64,000 nt of DNA from the human T2T-CHM13v2.0 reference genome, Homo sapiens, in the NCBI RefSeq assembly GCF_009914755.1, contig NC_060930.1; one strand, written 5' to 3'. The translations under genes and the position numbers were made by a program. Positions within the stretch are counted from its first letter, which is position 1. Each line of letters begins with the position of its first letter. The notes beneath the pieces were generated by a model. It did not search any database and was not told the DNA's origin. It worked only from the letters and a program-made list of their open reading frames with translations. Shown here piece by piece: positions 40,759 through 55,497 of the stretch.

Positions 40759-43184
40759 CTAGAGGAGACATTTGGATGAGGAATACAAGAGGCGGGACTA
40801 GCAGTAAACTGGAGAAAGACTGTCTTTGTGTGAAACTGAAGGAAGAGAGAGGCGGGGAGGAGGGGGCATATCTTCCATTTTCTCTCAGAAGTTGGAGGCC
40901 AGTAGCTCTTTGGCAGAGGAAGGCTTGAAGGAAAGGATGAAGGTTTAGGAGGGCAGATGTGGAAGGGATGTGGAAGAAACAACGTGGCCATTTTCATGAT
41001 GGTTGGAATTAAACCCTCTAAATGAACAGGAACATTCTGTTAGAAAGGAAAAAGAAATGTGTTTAGGCTGCAGCCCCTGGGGGTGGTTTTAGCTTGAAGA
41101 AATCACCAACTTATTTGGAACCCCTTTTGCCCGTGATTTTTTCATACTTCTGTGTTCATTTTAATTAAACTGGCCTTTATTCTTGTGAGTAATCAAGGAA
41201 TATTCTGAGATAAAGCATGTCACAGCATGCAAAACAGCAACACTCATTTCTCCCCCTGGATCTAGTCGGCAGCCACCAAGGGCTCACCACTCTATTAAAA
41301 TGACACGGCCGTCATTTCAGTGAATTGCAGTATGTCTGGTTTGGCAATCTGCAGAGGTGATTAAGGATCCCTGTGAAAGAGATGAGGTTTCTGGTGCTGA
41401 GAGGAGCAGGTCTACTCTGTGTAACAGTATTGTGGCGGAAAAGCTCTGACAAGAGAGGGTACAACGTCCTTTTGGACACCAGATCATGGGGCCATGCAAG
41501 ATGTTATCTGGGCTTGTTGGCCTTGGAAAAAAAGATGGTCTTGGAACAATTTGGGCAGGAAGACAATGGGATTCTTTATTTCTTGGCACAGGAATGAATG
41601 AATCTTTATCCCAAATGCAAAGCAGGCATTAAATTCAAGGACAATAAATGGTGAGACCAGCATTCCAGGAACAATCCCAGGCTTTCTCTGTGTGCTCACA
41701 GTGAAAACAGTCCCACAGGGCTTCAAAGAGACATGTGGATTTCTTTTTCTCTTTTTAAGTAAACAAAATTAAGAGAGAACACGCACTTCCTACAGCTGCG
41801 AATTGCCCAGAACTTCTCCCTACCCTATTCCAACCCTGACCCCAAACCATGGAGGCTTCATCTCTTCTAGCTGACAGCAGCATGCACATATAATAACCTC
41901 GAAGTTGAAATTGAAGCTATCCAAGCACCCCAATAGGAACAAGTTTGAAATATTCTCTAAAGCTTCATGTACTTTCCTAAGTCCCTTGTACCTTGTGGCC
42001 TTTTTCTATTCATCGAAAATGAGCATAAATTTCTTTGAACAAACTACAATATTGATCATGTATGTTTACGAAAGTGATAAAGTTGAGGGGGATCAGACAG
42101 TTCACGCTGCAAAAGTATGCACTGTGATACTCTGAATAGCAAGCTCCTTGATGCATTTTTAAAATTGGTTTTTATTTATAGAAATGAATGAGTTCGGTCT
42201 TCGGTACAAAGGGTCATACCAGTATTCCTTTAGCTCAGCCTTCAGCTTGTGAAGGAGAAGCTTCATGCTAAAAACTGGCATTAAAAAACTGGTGCGAGTC
42301 AGGATGGGACCTGGAGTGAGCTGCCCCTTTACTTTCTACTTCCTCTCAGCCTGGCAGAATGCCATCCCCACAAAAAGTCAAGTCTTTGTAGAAGCCGGCA
42401 AGGCTCTTTGTGGAGTCACCTCTTGCCACTTCCCAGAAATCACTCTAGAGTCAGGGAATTGCAAATAAAGTTTGCTCCACATCACATGATCCCCTCCTCC
42501 CACAAACATCCCTCCTTGAGTCCCACGGTTTACATATCCCCACAAGGTCAACTCAAGGACATTTGGTCACATGCAGAGTTATAGAAACAGTACACATAGA
42601 GCAGGCTGTGCAGCAAGCTCAGAGATTAAATATTTTGCTAATTCCATGTAGGCTTTCACGTGGGACTGCTTCCCTTTGACAGAGAGTTATCCTTTTCCCA
42701 GAGCAAGAGTAAAATGTGACCAATCCTTCAGGGCAGACAATTCTAGTTCAGTTCCATGAGTATTTCTGCAACAGATCTAGCATTTGTTGAACATAATGAG
42801 GGACAAAAGAAATTAAAAACCAGGTCTGGACTTCGACGATCTTATAATTGAGATTAAAGATAGGAAACATGCACATCTATGAAATAGTTTATTGATTTAT
42901 TCATGCAATCAACAAAATTCTATCAAGAATCTGCCTTGTCACAGGCACTATGCAAGATACTGGAGAAATAACAAATACATAAGTTTTGCTCCTGCCTTCA
43001 AAATGCTCTCAGTGTGACTGATGGAAACAGAATCATCAGTATAGGGATCAGCAGTGGCAGGAAATAGAGGCAGAAATAACTTACATATCCAATAAATACT
43101 GAAGGAGTTCACTGCAGAAGAAATGAGCAAGTGCATCAGAAATCAGGTAAAACAACATGGACGAATAGAACTTAGGGTTTTCTT

Positions 43185-43672
43185 TTTTTTCTTTTAAATT
43201 TTATTGTGGTAAAAATACTTAACCTGGGATCTATCTTCTTAACACATTTTAGTGTATAATACAGTATTGTTATCTATAGGCATGATGTTGCACACTAGAT
43301 CTCTAGAATATATTCTTCTTATATAACTGAGACTGTATACTGTATACCCAATGAACAGCAACTCCTCGTTTGCCTCTCCTCCTAGCCCCTGGCAACCACA
43401 ATTCTATTCTGTGCTTCCATGAATTTGACTATTTTTCAGATCCTTCGTATCAGTGGAATCATGAAACATTTGTCCTTCTGTAACTGGATTATCTCGCTTA
43501 GCCTAATGTCCTTCAGGTTCATCTGTGGTGTCACATATTGCAGGATTTTCTTCCATTTTAAGGCTGAATAATATTCCATATTATGTGTATAGCCCATTTT
43601 TTAAATCCATTTATCCATTGATGGACATTTCTGCATTTGGGCTATTGTGAATAGTGAAGTAATTAACATGGG
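43185..43672 (-). mobile_element. L1MA9/10-like 3' end, within L2 remnants
   Basis: ttttattgtggtaaaaatacttaac...agcccctggcaaccacaattctatt...taaggctgaataatattcc. Confidence 0.85.
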
Positions 43673-44183
43673 ATTTCATGTTTGGAGAGATAGGCTTTGA
43701 AGTGAATGTTAAAGGATAGTTAGGTTTAGATAAGTAGAGAGAAGAGGTGAGGCACTTCAGTAAGAAAGAATCAAAATAAATGATGTTACCAAGAAGTCTG
43801 TGAGCATGGTAGCTCCCAGGATAGGAGAATGAAGTAAGAGCTGCAGTGAACCACTATACATATTCGTAGCTCTTTAAAATGCAGTGAAGTATCCTGCTTC
43901 ACACTTAGGCAATTGGTCACAAAAAGGTTAGTGAACTGACTATTAAAATATAATATGAGCATATGTATAACACTTGCAGTTCTGTCTCTTATTTCCTGTA
44001 TATCTTTGGATCAGTTATTTAATTTCTTTGAGACTCATTTGCCTCAATCATAATATTACCTGTTACCAAATAAGCTTGTTGTGAGAACTAAGTAGGTTAT
44101 ACATGAAATATAATTCAAACAGTGCCTGACATATAATATGTACTCAATAGACATTATTATTAAATATAGAAAAAGTACTCGGA

Positions 44184-44483
44184 GGCTGGGCGTGGTGGCT
44201 CATACCTGTAGTCCCAGCACTTTGGGAGGCCAGGCGGGCAGATCACTGGGGCCAGGAGTTTGAGACCAGCCTGGCCAACATGGTGAAACCCAGTCTCTAC
44301 TAAAAATACAAAAATTACCTGGGCATGGTGGCACATACCTGCAATCTAAGCTATTCAGGAAGCTGAGGCAGGAGAATCACTTGTACCCGGAGGCAGAGGT
44401 TGCAGTGAGCCAAGATCATGCCACTGCACTCCAGCCTAGGCATCAGAGTGAGACCCTGTCTCAAAAAAAAAAAACAAAAAAAA
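44184..44483 (+). mobile_element. Alu between MIR fragments
   Basis: TSD aaaaagtact at 44170-44179 and 44479-44488. Confidence 0.94.
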
Positions 44484-44674
44484 GTACTGAGAGATATGGT
44501 AATAATGGCTAACACTTATTGAGTGCTTACTATAAGCTGGGGAATTTACTAAATGCTTTACAAGTATTAGATAATTTCATGTATAGTAAAATATTAACAA
44601 GATATGTCTGGGCAGCAGAGCCATCAACAGATGGCTGGGGAAGATTTCTCCCTGACTCTGCCTAATATCTCCCG

Positions 44675-46705
44675 TTTGTCCCTGTTTTAGATCAGACACC
44701 TAGATGCAGCGTTTGAGACAGGGATTTCAGCACATGCGATTTATTGAGGGGAGTCTCAGAAGAAAGGGAGAGCAGGAAGGAGACGGAGCAGGGAAAGAGC
44801 TAGACAAGAATGTCCTCACCTGAGCTCCGGCTTCACCCTAATCTCAGGGAGCGTGAAATGTACCCCAGAGTTGGTTCTGCTTCAGGCAAGGGGACCACCT
44901 ATGTACCGCTCATTGGCTGCAGGCTGCCCCTGGGCTGAGGGTGGTGAACGTAACCTCCCTTGGGACTCCAGTCAGCCTATAGTAATTCTCTGAAGGAAGA
45001 AGGAGCAGCTGTAAACTGTTAGCAGCCCACACTCTTATCTGGTGAAGGATGGATACACTGGCTCAGTAAAAGGGACCTAGGTGCTGGGTAAAAAACCACC
45101 CCAAACTTAGTCACGGAAAACAACAGCAATCATTCATTTCCCTTACGAATCTACAATGTGAGCAAAGCTTGGCTGGACAACTTGTCACTATATTACATGG
45201 TATCAGCTGGTGTAGCTTGAACACTCGGGGGTGACGATGACTGCTGAGGACTGAAGTCATCTGAAGGCTCACGATGGTGTTGGCTTTAGGCTAGAACACC
45301 TATACGTGGTTTCTCCACAAGGTGGCCTCTCCTCCTCATGGCTCTGGATTCCAAGAAGGAGCATTTCGAGAGAACAAGGGGAACGCACTTGGTATTTTTA
45401 TGACCTATCCTTGAAAGTCACAGTGTCACTTCTGCCTTACTGTATTGGTCCAGGCACCCATAAAGGACCAGCCAGATTCAAAGAGAAGTGCTATGGACTG
45501 AATGTCTGTGTCCCCCCAGAATTCATATGTTGAAGTTCTAGTCCCTAGTGGGATGGGATTTGGAGGTAGGAGCCTTGGGAGATGATTAGATTTAGATAAG
45601 GTCATGAGGGCGAAGTACCCATGATGGGATTGGTGCTCTTATAAGAGAAAGAAAACTGAGCCCTCTGTCTCTCCACCACTTGAGGACACCGTTAGAAGAT
45701 GGCTGTCTGCGAGCCAGGGAGAGGGCCTCCACCAGAAGCCAGCCATGCCGGCATCCTGATCTTGGACTTCCCAGTCTCAGGAACTGTGAAAAATAGACGT
45801 CTGCTATTTAAGCCACACAGTCTATAGCATTTTGTTACAGCAGCCTGAACTAAGATAGGAGGTGTGTTAGTCTGTTAGGGTTACTGTAACCTAATACCAC
45901 AGACCAGGTGGCTTAAACAATAGAAACTATATTTTCTCACAATTCTGGAGCTGAAAGTCCAAGATTGGGGTGTTGGTAGGGTTGGTTTCTCTGGGGGAAC
46001 TCTCCTTGGCTTGCAGATGGCCACCTTTTTACTGTGTTCTCACATCATCATCTCTCTGTGTGTATACATGTCTAGTGTTTCTCTGTGTCTCCAAATTTCC
46101 TTTTCTTATAAAAACACTAGTCCTTATCTGGGTACAGTATCTCATGCCTGTAATCCCAGCATTTTGGGAGGCCAAGACAGGAGAATTGTTTGAGGCAGGA
46201 GCTAGAGACATAGCTAGCAACATAGCAAGACCCCATCTCTACAAAAAATTTTTTAAAAAATAAGCCAGGTCAGGCGTGACAGCATGTATTCCTAGCTACC
46301 CTGGAGGCTGAGGCAGAAGGATCACTTGAACACGAGGTTGAGGCTGCAGTGAGCTATGGTCATACCACTGCACTCCAGCGTGCAGACTGAGAGTGAGATT
46401 CAGTCTCTTAAAAAAAAAAAAAAAAAAGACACTAGTCCTTATAGATAAGAGCCCACCCTAAAGACTCATTTTAATTTAATCACCTCTTTAAAAACCTTAA
46501 TTCCAAATAAGTTTGTATTCTGAGGTACTAGGTGTTAGGATTTCAACACACAAATATTTGTGGGGGGCACAATTCAGCCCATGACAGACAGCAGGAAACA
46601 CAGACTTCACCACTCAGTGGCAGGAGGGCCAACATCACATTGTAGGAAGAACATGTGGGATAAGATATATTGTGGGGACCTTTGGAAAATACAAACGATC
46701 TCAGG
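44675..46705. mobile_element. Nested LTR cluster: LTR33-like (~44675-45080), old antisense MLT1 (~45090-45483 and ~46588-46705), sense MLT1A-like (45489-45857), antisense MLT1A/B-like (45863-46587)
   Basis: tgctatggactgaatgtctgtgtcccccc...gcagcctgaactaagata; tgtgttagtctgttaggg...caattcagcccatgaca. Confidence 0.7.
46128..46427 (+). mobile_element. AluJ inside MLT1
   Basis: TSD acactagtccttat on both sides. Confidence 0.92.
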
Positions 46706-47358
46706 CACCAACATTTACTTCAGTGCCTTAGCTTTTCGTCTTTCATCTTTGATTAGAACAAACCTCAATAAAAGTAAAATGTTTTGCAAAGAAACATTGA
46801 CTCAGTTCTCTATAGTTGTCACTTTCCAACCAGTTTGCTGTCTTCCTACACAGAAATTCTGAAGCCACTACTCTCTTCTGGGTAATGGAACTATGAGTGC
46901 TGTGTTATTTTTAATAATAGTATATTCTTATAGATAGATTGTATGTTACATAAAGTGCATATATTTGTAAAAAAAAAAAGTTATAAAAATAATGCATTGA
47001 TGAAATGTGGCATTGGTAAAGTACTACTTAAACTCCCAACCAGAATCTAAATTGTAGCAAATTGAGACTGCCGTATTCACTGTGTTTCAGAAATAAAGTC
47101 CCCCTCATATTGGAAGATTGTTATCTTTAAAAAAAAATTTTATTGTTCTTTATCGGATTAGAACTTAATGCAGGTTTGGCAATCACTGTTGATTGGCTAT
47201 ACAATGTTCTCTATCTTTCCTAACACACTTTTTATGTTTTATTACAACATTTTTAAATTAAGAATACATTTTTAGAATTAAAAATTAACAAATCATAAAA
47301 TTATACACAGTGAACAATCTTCTTTCCACCTTTGTCATTTGCTCAGTTTCCAATACTC

Positions 47359-47656
<298 letters not shown>

Positions 47657-48142
47657 AGTTTCCAATACTCTTCTTAGTGTATCTTTCCAGAATTTTATTG
47701 CATTTCAAGAAAATGTTGTCCTCCTTTTTCACAAAATGTAGCTCATTTTACACATTCTTCTATACACTTTGCCTTTGTTGCTTTATATTTTAGAGATCTT
47801 TCCATATAAGTTCATAGATATGCATACATCTGTGACACATGTAAGCATAGCAGATTACCCTCCATAGAACTGGCCCAACAGAATGTATTGTCACTTTTGT
47901 ATTTTTGCAAATCTGATTGGTGAAAAATGGTATCTTTGTGTAATTTAAATTTATATTTATCTTACTCTGAGTGATCATGAGCATTATTTTATACATTTAA
48001 GAGTTATTTGAATTTCCTATTTTATGAACTGTCTATTTTTTTAACTCATTTTTTATATTGGCTTACTGGTCTTGTAAAAATTTTAGTTCTACTATCCTTT
48101 TTTATATAGAGAAATTCGCCCTTTGTCAGAAATATGAGCTCT

Positions 48143-48460
<318 letters not shown>

Positions 48461-48679
48461 AGAAATAAGAGCTCCATTCTACTTCTAAACTTCAATTTTG
48501 TTAGGTATTAGACTAGTTAAAACATCCTGATGCACATGCTTACTATGAAAACCTTAGAAAACGGAAAAAGAAAAATAATCAGCATAATCCCATAAAACAG
48601 ATCCAATTGTTGACCTAAGCAACCTTTTCTTGACCTATTTCTCTAAAGAGATGAGAGTTACAGAAAAAGGAAAGGAGGG

Positions 48680-48900
48680 AAACATTTACTGAGCATTTAC
48701 TATATGAATTTTATTCACATAATCCCATTTATAATCCTTAGAACAGTTCTATCAGATAACTTATTTCCATTGCATAGCTAAGAAACTTGAAGTTCGGATA
48801 GGTTTAAAAAACTGGATCAATATCACACAGCTAGTATTCTGAAGAACTCTAGTTCTTAAGAACTGGAACTGGAGTTCCAACTGGGAACAGCCAGACCCTA
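48680..48900 (-). mobile_element. MIR
   Basis: aacatttactgagcatttactat...tcacacagctagt. Confidence 0.65.
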
Positions 48901-49677
48901 AAATTCCTGTTTGTCCCATAGTTCTTGTTGCATTCCCAGCCCCTGTGTTTTAAGAGTAGGCTGTTACATGTTTGAAGATCCATAACAATTGAATAACAGA
49001 GTCTTTACACTAGTAAAAAAGCTCTGCTGTTAAAACCAAAACCAAACCAAAATCATAACCCAGCTGATAACAACCCTAGTGAAGAAGAAGAGAACTTCGT
49101 TGTTGTTTTGAATACCACTAGAATTCATTTACTCCTAGTCCTGGAACATTTCACAAGTCAGGAACTGTCACATTCATCAGGAAGTAGAGCCCAGCTGGCT
49201 GTGGCTGGCTCTTGGCCATGTGCAGACAACCCCTGGTCATTTGTCAATGTTCCCCAGGAGTGCCTGCTTCATGTTAAAATCCTGGCAGTGTGCCTCACTC
49301 CACTGTATAATTGCACTGGCCGCAGTAAGGCTGACTAAATCCTAACGATGCTTCTGCTAACTCCATGGGCCCTGCAGGCTGGAAGTGTCCAGAAACAGAA
49401 CAGGGCACACCCAAAAGTGCAGTCCAAAGACTGGAGGCTCCTCTGGTTTTTTGACATGGGTAAACATTTCACTGTCAAATTGTCAACATGCAGTACTGGC
49501 AGAGCTTTCTTCTGAGCTAGAATAGAATCTTGAAACTGGAATGGACATCAATCATTCCCTAATACCGTGTTTACAAACTGTCCTCTGAGGACCCCTGAGA
49601 TGGTGGAGGTTTCCATAAGAGACCACGTTGGGGGCATCCAGGAAAACTAAACAGGTGAGGGTCTTCATTTTACGCCC

Positions 49678-50024
49678 TGTTCTAGTCCATTCAGCTGCTA
49701 TAACAAAATACCGTAAACTAAGTAGCGTATAAACAGAAATTTATTTCCCACAGTTCTGGAAACTGAGAAGTCCAAGATCAAGGCAAATTCTGTGTCTGGT
49801 AAGGGTGCTTTCTGGCTCACAGCATCTTCTTGCTGTGACCTCACATCAGGAAGAGGCAAGGGATCTTTCTTGGACTTCTTTTGTAAGGCACTAATGCCAT
49901 TTATGAGGGTTCACCTCATGATCAAATCGCCACCAAATCCCGCCCACTGCTAATACTCGTCACATTGTGGATTAGGATTCAACACATGAATTTGGGGGAA
50001 ACATGAGCATTCAGATCATAGCAC
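49678..50024 (-). mobile_element. MLT1A-like LTR
   Basis: tagtccattcagctgctataacaaaatacc...gagaagtccaagatcaaggc...attcagatcatagca. Confidence 0.8.
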
Positions 50025-50973
50025 ACCTCAAGCTCAACCAGATCAGCACTACTTCTATCTATGGCTTCCACATAAGATTTATTTGGAAATGGCTCCCAGA
50101 TAAAACAAGCATGAGAACCACTTCATTTTACTGGTGTAGAAACGGAGGCTCAGAAAGGGTGTGATATGGCCAGGTCACATGGGAAGTTAGGGGCAGGCCT
50201 AGGACTAGTAGCTGACTCCTCAGCCAAAGCTCTCTCCACTCTGTGGGCTCTGTTACAGTACTGAGTCCTCCAGTTTGCTGTGTTTCTTGCCCTTCTTCTT
50301 AGGAATCTGCAGCCAGCTATTCCTCAAGCCCTCAGCTGTGGATCAAATCACTCTGAATTCTCAAAAGCTCCTATATGATGCCAAGTTCTCAGTAAAACTG
50401 TTCTTGGCTTTTCCCAAGTCTTCCCCAATCACAGCACATCCTGCTCAGCCCCGCATCATGCTGAGCCTTATTGGAGCCTAAGGCAAAGGAAAAATACGTG
50501 GCCCTATAAGCACTTATCAAGATATCCTCCTACACTTTAAATCAAGTAAAAGCATTAATAAAACCTCTGCCATTAAAACCAAAACCAAAAATCTTGTCTA
50601 TACACAAAGCATCTCATCATTACCAACCCTCCTCATATGCCCACACAGGAGGATGCAAGAGCAACGCAGATCCAGGAACCAAGTGCTGATGGGAAACAGC
50701 CTTCCCTGTCGCACAATAACCCAATGTCATAAGACAAACAAACAGCAACACCTTGTCTTTATGTAAAATTTTGGTATTTTGTTAATCACAGCTTTTTACA
50801 GGAATTTTGTAGTTTTTTTTTCCAGTATTACATTAAAATGTTTATTTTGATTGCTGTGTTTTTTTGGTGCTCCCTTAAATTTTACTCCTGTCTCCCCTGA
50901 CCCTAATCCCTATGCTGCAGTCGGGCAGCTCCTCCCCACCACAGGGATTTCCAGACCCTTGTCTAGTCATTTA

Positions 50974-51363
<390 letters not shown>

Positions 51364-52472
51364 TTATTTATCTCAGCCCTCTTTTCCCCCACCCAGTTTC
51401 AAATAAGAAGTTCTTTCTCAAATTCTAATCCACTTTGGAAGGCAATGTGTTCTCTGTAGGTATTGAACCAGAACAAGGTAAGACCTTTTGGACTAAGTCA
51501 GACATGTAGATTCCAGAAAACCATGTGAAGGAGTTGCTGAGGTTTGGAGTTCTCAGTTTAATTTGTATTCCTAAAACTTCTTCAGTCCTTGCAATTCCTC
51601 ATTTACACAAAAAATAATGTGGGATTTGGGGCTGGCCCAGTATGGACTTCTCAGGCACCTTCATGCCTCCACAGCTGTTGATTTTGAAATAGCCCATGCT
51701 GACTTGGAAACCGTATCTCAAGGGAGTATGTGAATAATCTGAGGGATTAATGGCAGACAGGTTAAGCAACTTCCCCTGCTTTGTGGCATGGCAATACAGG
51801 TGCAAAGACACCAGGTTGAAAGAGGGACAATAATGTTGTTTTGCTCTTTTCCTTCCTTCTACAATATCTTGGAAGTGTAGTCAGCAACCTTCTTACCCAC
51901 TTGTTTACCCAAATTAGTCCAAAATACTGGTAGTGGCTGGTTGTGGCTGGAACCTCTCTCAGCCTTACCTTCTCTAAGTCCAGGGACAACCAGCTGCAGG
52001 AAGCGGGCTTCAAAGGAGAGAGCCAGGAGTTTCTTACACATTTCCGAGCCTTGAACTTCAGTGGCCCTGCCCTTTTATGTTTACATGCCCCTAGTCTTGC
52101 TCATATCCCTAAATCTGGGATGTCCCATTTGAATTCTATTGCTTTCCTTCTTGTTCTCATTAAGGCTGGAGGGGTCATTTCTCTAGGGAGCCTTTTTAGA
52201 TGCTCACATCCGGATTTTGCTAATCCTTTCATTCTGTGATTATAAGCTGAGGCTTCTATTGAGTGGGCCTGAAAATCTGCAGTAGAAGCATATCTGGAAG
52301 GCCGTAATCAAGTAAAGTTAAGTTGATATTCCATTTTAATTTCTTTGTTGACTTTTTAGCCATATCTACTTGCATGTTATTTTTAGTGTTTGCTCTAGGA
52401 ACTATAATATACATTCTTAACTTTTAACAACCAACGTAGAGTTAATATAATACAACTTCATGTCAAATATAA

Positions 52473-52849
<377 letters not shown>

Positions 52850-52994
52850 AATTTTGGGGTCTTTTTAATGCACAGAGGACATCTTTCTGTTTCTTCATAC
52901 AACAATTAATTTGAGATTATATCCCAGGCATTGCAAAAAAATACGCTGTAGAAACTTTGACTTCTGTTATGTTCCTCTGAAACGTATTGATTTC

Positions 52995-53417
52995 ATGCAG
53001 CCATAAAAAAGAATGAGTTCATGTCCTTTGCAGGGACATGGATAAAGCTGGAAGCCATCATTCTCACCAAACTAACACAGGAACAGAAAACCAAACACCG
53101 CATGTTCTCACTCATAAGTGGGAGTTGAACAATGAGAACACATGGACACAGGGAGGGGAACATCATACACCGGGGCCTGTCAGAGGATGGGGAGCAAGGG
53201 GAGGGAGAGCATTAAGAAAATTACCTAATGTATGTGAGGCTTAAAACCTAGATGATGGGTTGATAGGTGCAGCAAACCACCATGGCACATGTATACCTAT
53301 GTAACAAACCTACATGTTCTGTACATGTATCCCAGAACTTAAGGTAAAATAAAAAAAAAAAATTCTGCACATGTCCCCTAAACCTGAAATAAAAGGCTTT
53401 AAAAAGAAAAAAAAAGA
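52995..53417 (+). mobile_element. L1PA 3' end (~370 bp plus polyA) followed by a second ~55-bp L1 3' stub with its own A tail
   Basis: ...gtatcccagaacttaaggtaaaat(A)n then ttctgcacatgtcccctaaacctgaaataaaagg(A)n. Confidence 0.88.
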
Positions 53418-53426
53418 TATTGATTT

Positions 53427-55497
53427 CACAAGACAAGGATGCCTTCTCTCACCACTCCTATTCAACATAGTATTCGAAGTTCTGGCCAGGGCAATCAGGC
53501 AAAAGAAAACAATAAAGGGTACTCAAATAGGAAGACAGGAAGTTAAATTGTCTCTGTTTGCAGATGACATGATTGTATATTTAGAAAACCCCATCCTCTC
53601 TGCCTAAAATCTCCTTAAGCTGATAAGCAACTTCAGCAAAGTCTCAGGATACAAAGTCAATGTGCAAAAATCATTCCTATACACCAATAGCAGACAAACA
53701 GAGAGGCAAATGGTGAGTGAACGCCTACTCACAATTGCTACTAAGAGAATAAAATACCTAGGAATACACCTTACAAGGGATGTGAAGGACCTCTTCAAGG
53801 AGAACTACAAACCACTGCCCAAGGAAATAAGAGAGGACACAAACAAATGGAAAAACATTCCATGATTATGGATAGGAAGAATCAGTATTGTGAAAACGGC
53901 CTTAGTGCCCAAAGTAATTTATAGATTCAATGCTATCCCCATCAAGCTACCACTGACTTCCTTCACAGAATTGGAAAAAACTACTTTAAACTTCATATAG
54001 AACCAAAAAAGAGCCCACATAGCCAAGACAATCCTGGGCAAGAAGAACAAAGCTGGAGGCATCATGCTACCTGACTTCAAACTGTACTACAAGGCTACAG
54101 TAGCCAAAACAGCATGGTACTGGTACCAAAACACATATATGGACCAATGGAACAGAACGAAGGCCTCAGAAATAACACCACATATCTACCACCATCTGAT
54201 CTTTGACAAACCTGACACACACAAGCAATGGGGAAAAGATTCCCTATTTAATAAATGGTGTTGGGAAAAGTGGCTAGCCATATTCAGAAAACAAACTGGA
54301 CTCCTTCCTTACACCTTATACAAAAATCAATGCAAAATGGATCAAAGACTTAAACATAAGACCTAGGACCATAAAAATCCTAGAAGAAAACCTGGGCAAT
54401 AGCATTCAGGACATAGGCATGGGCAAAGACTTCATGTCTAAAACACCAAAAGCAGTGGCAACAAAAGCCAAAATTGACAAATGGGATCTAATTCAACTAA
54501 TGAGCTTCTGCACAGCAAAAGAAACTATCATCAGAGTGAACAGGCAACCTACAGAATGGGAGAAAAGTTTTGCAATCTATCCATCTGACAAAGGGTTAAT
54601 ATCCAGAATCTACAAAGAACTTAAACACATTTACAAGAAAAAAGCAAACAACCCCATCAAAAAATGGGCAAAGGATATCAACAGACACTTCTCAAAAGAA
54701 GACATTTATGCAGCCAACAGACATATGAAAAAATGTTCACTGGTCATTAGAGAAATGCAAATCAAAACCACAATGAGATGCCATCTCACACCAGTTAGAA
54801 TGGCAGTCATTAAAAAGTCAGAAAACAACAGATGCTGGAGAGGTTGCTGAAAAATAGGAACGCTTTTACACTGTTGGTGGGACTGTAAACTAGTTCAACC
54901 ATTGTGGAAGACAGTGTGGCGATTCCTCAAGGATCTAGGACTAGAAATACCATTTGACCCAGCCATCCCATTACTGGGCATATACCCAAAGGATTATAAA
55001 TCATTCTACTATAAAGACACGTGCACACGTATGTTTATTGTGGCACTATTCACAACAGCAAAGACTTGGAACCAACCCAAATGTCCACAATGAAAGACTG
55101 AATTAAGAAAATGTGGCACATATACACCATGGAATGCTATGCAGCCATAAAAAAGGATGAGTTAATGTTCTTTGCAGGGACACGGTTGAAACTGGAAACC
55201 ATCATTCTCAGCAAACTATCACAAAATCAGAAAACCAAACACCTCACGTTCTCACTCATAAGTGGGAGTTGAACAATAAAAACACATGGACACAGGGAGG
55301 GGAACATCACACACCAGGGTCTGTTGGAGGTGGGGGGCTAAGAGAGGGATAACATTAGGAGAAATATCTAATGTAGGTGACGGGTTGATGGGTGCAGCAA
55401 ACCACCATGGCACTTGTATACCTATGTAACAAAACTGCACGTTCTGCACATGTATCCCAAAACTTAAAGTATAATAAATAAATAAATAAATAAATAA
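53427..55497 (+). mobile_element. L1PA (PA7/8-like), 5'-truncated, ~2 kb
   Basis: ORF2 RT motif [11 protein letters not shown]-terminal domain, 3' UTR, (AAAT)n tail; frameshifts and stops. Confidence 0.95.

Noticed and set aside
53371-55093. Series of ORFs including an FADD reverse-transcriptase motif
   Set aside because: Frameshifted L1PA ORF2; not an active element or a novel RT system.
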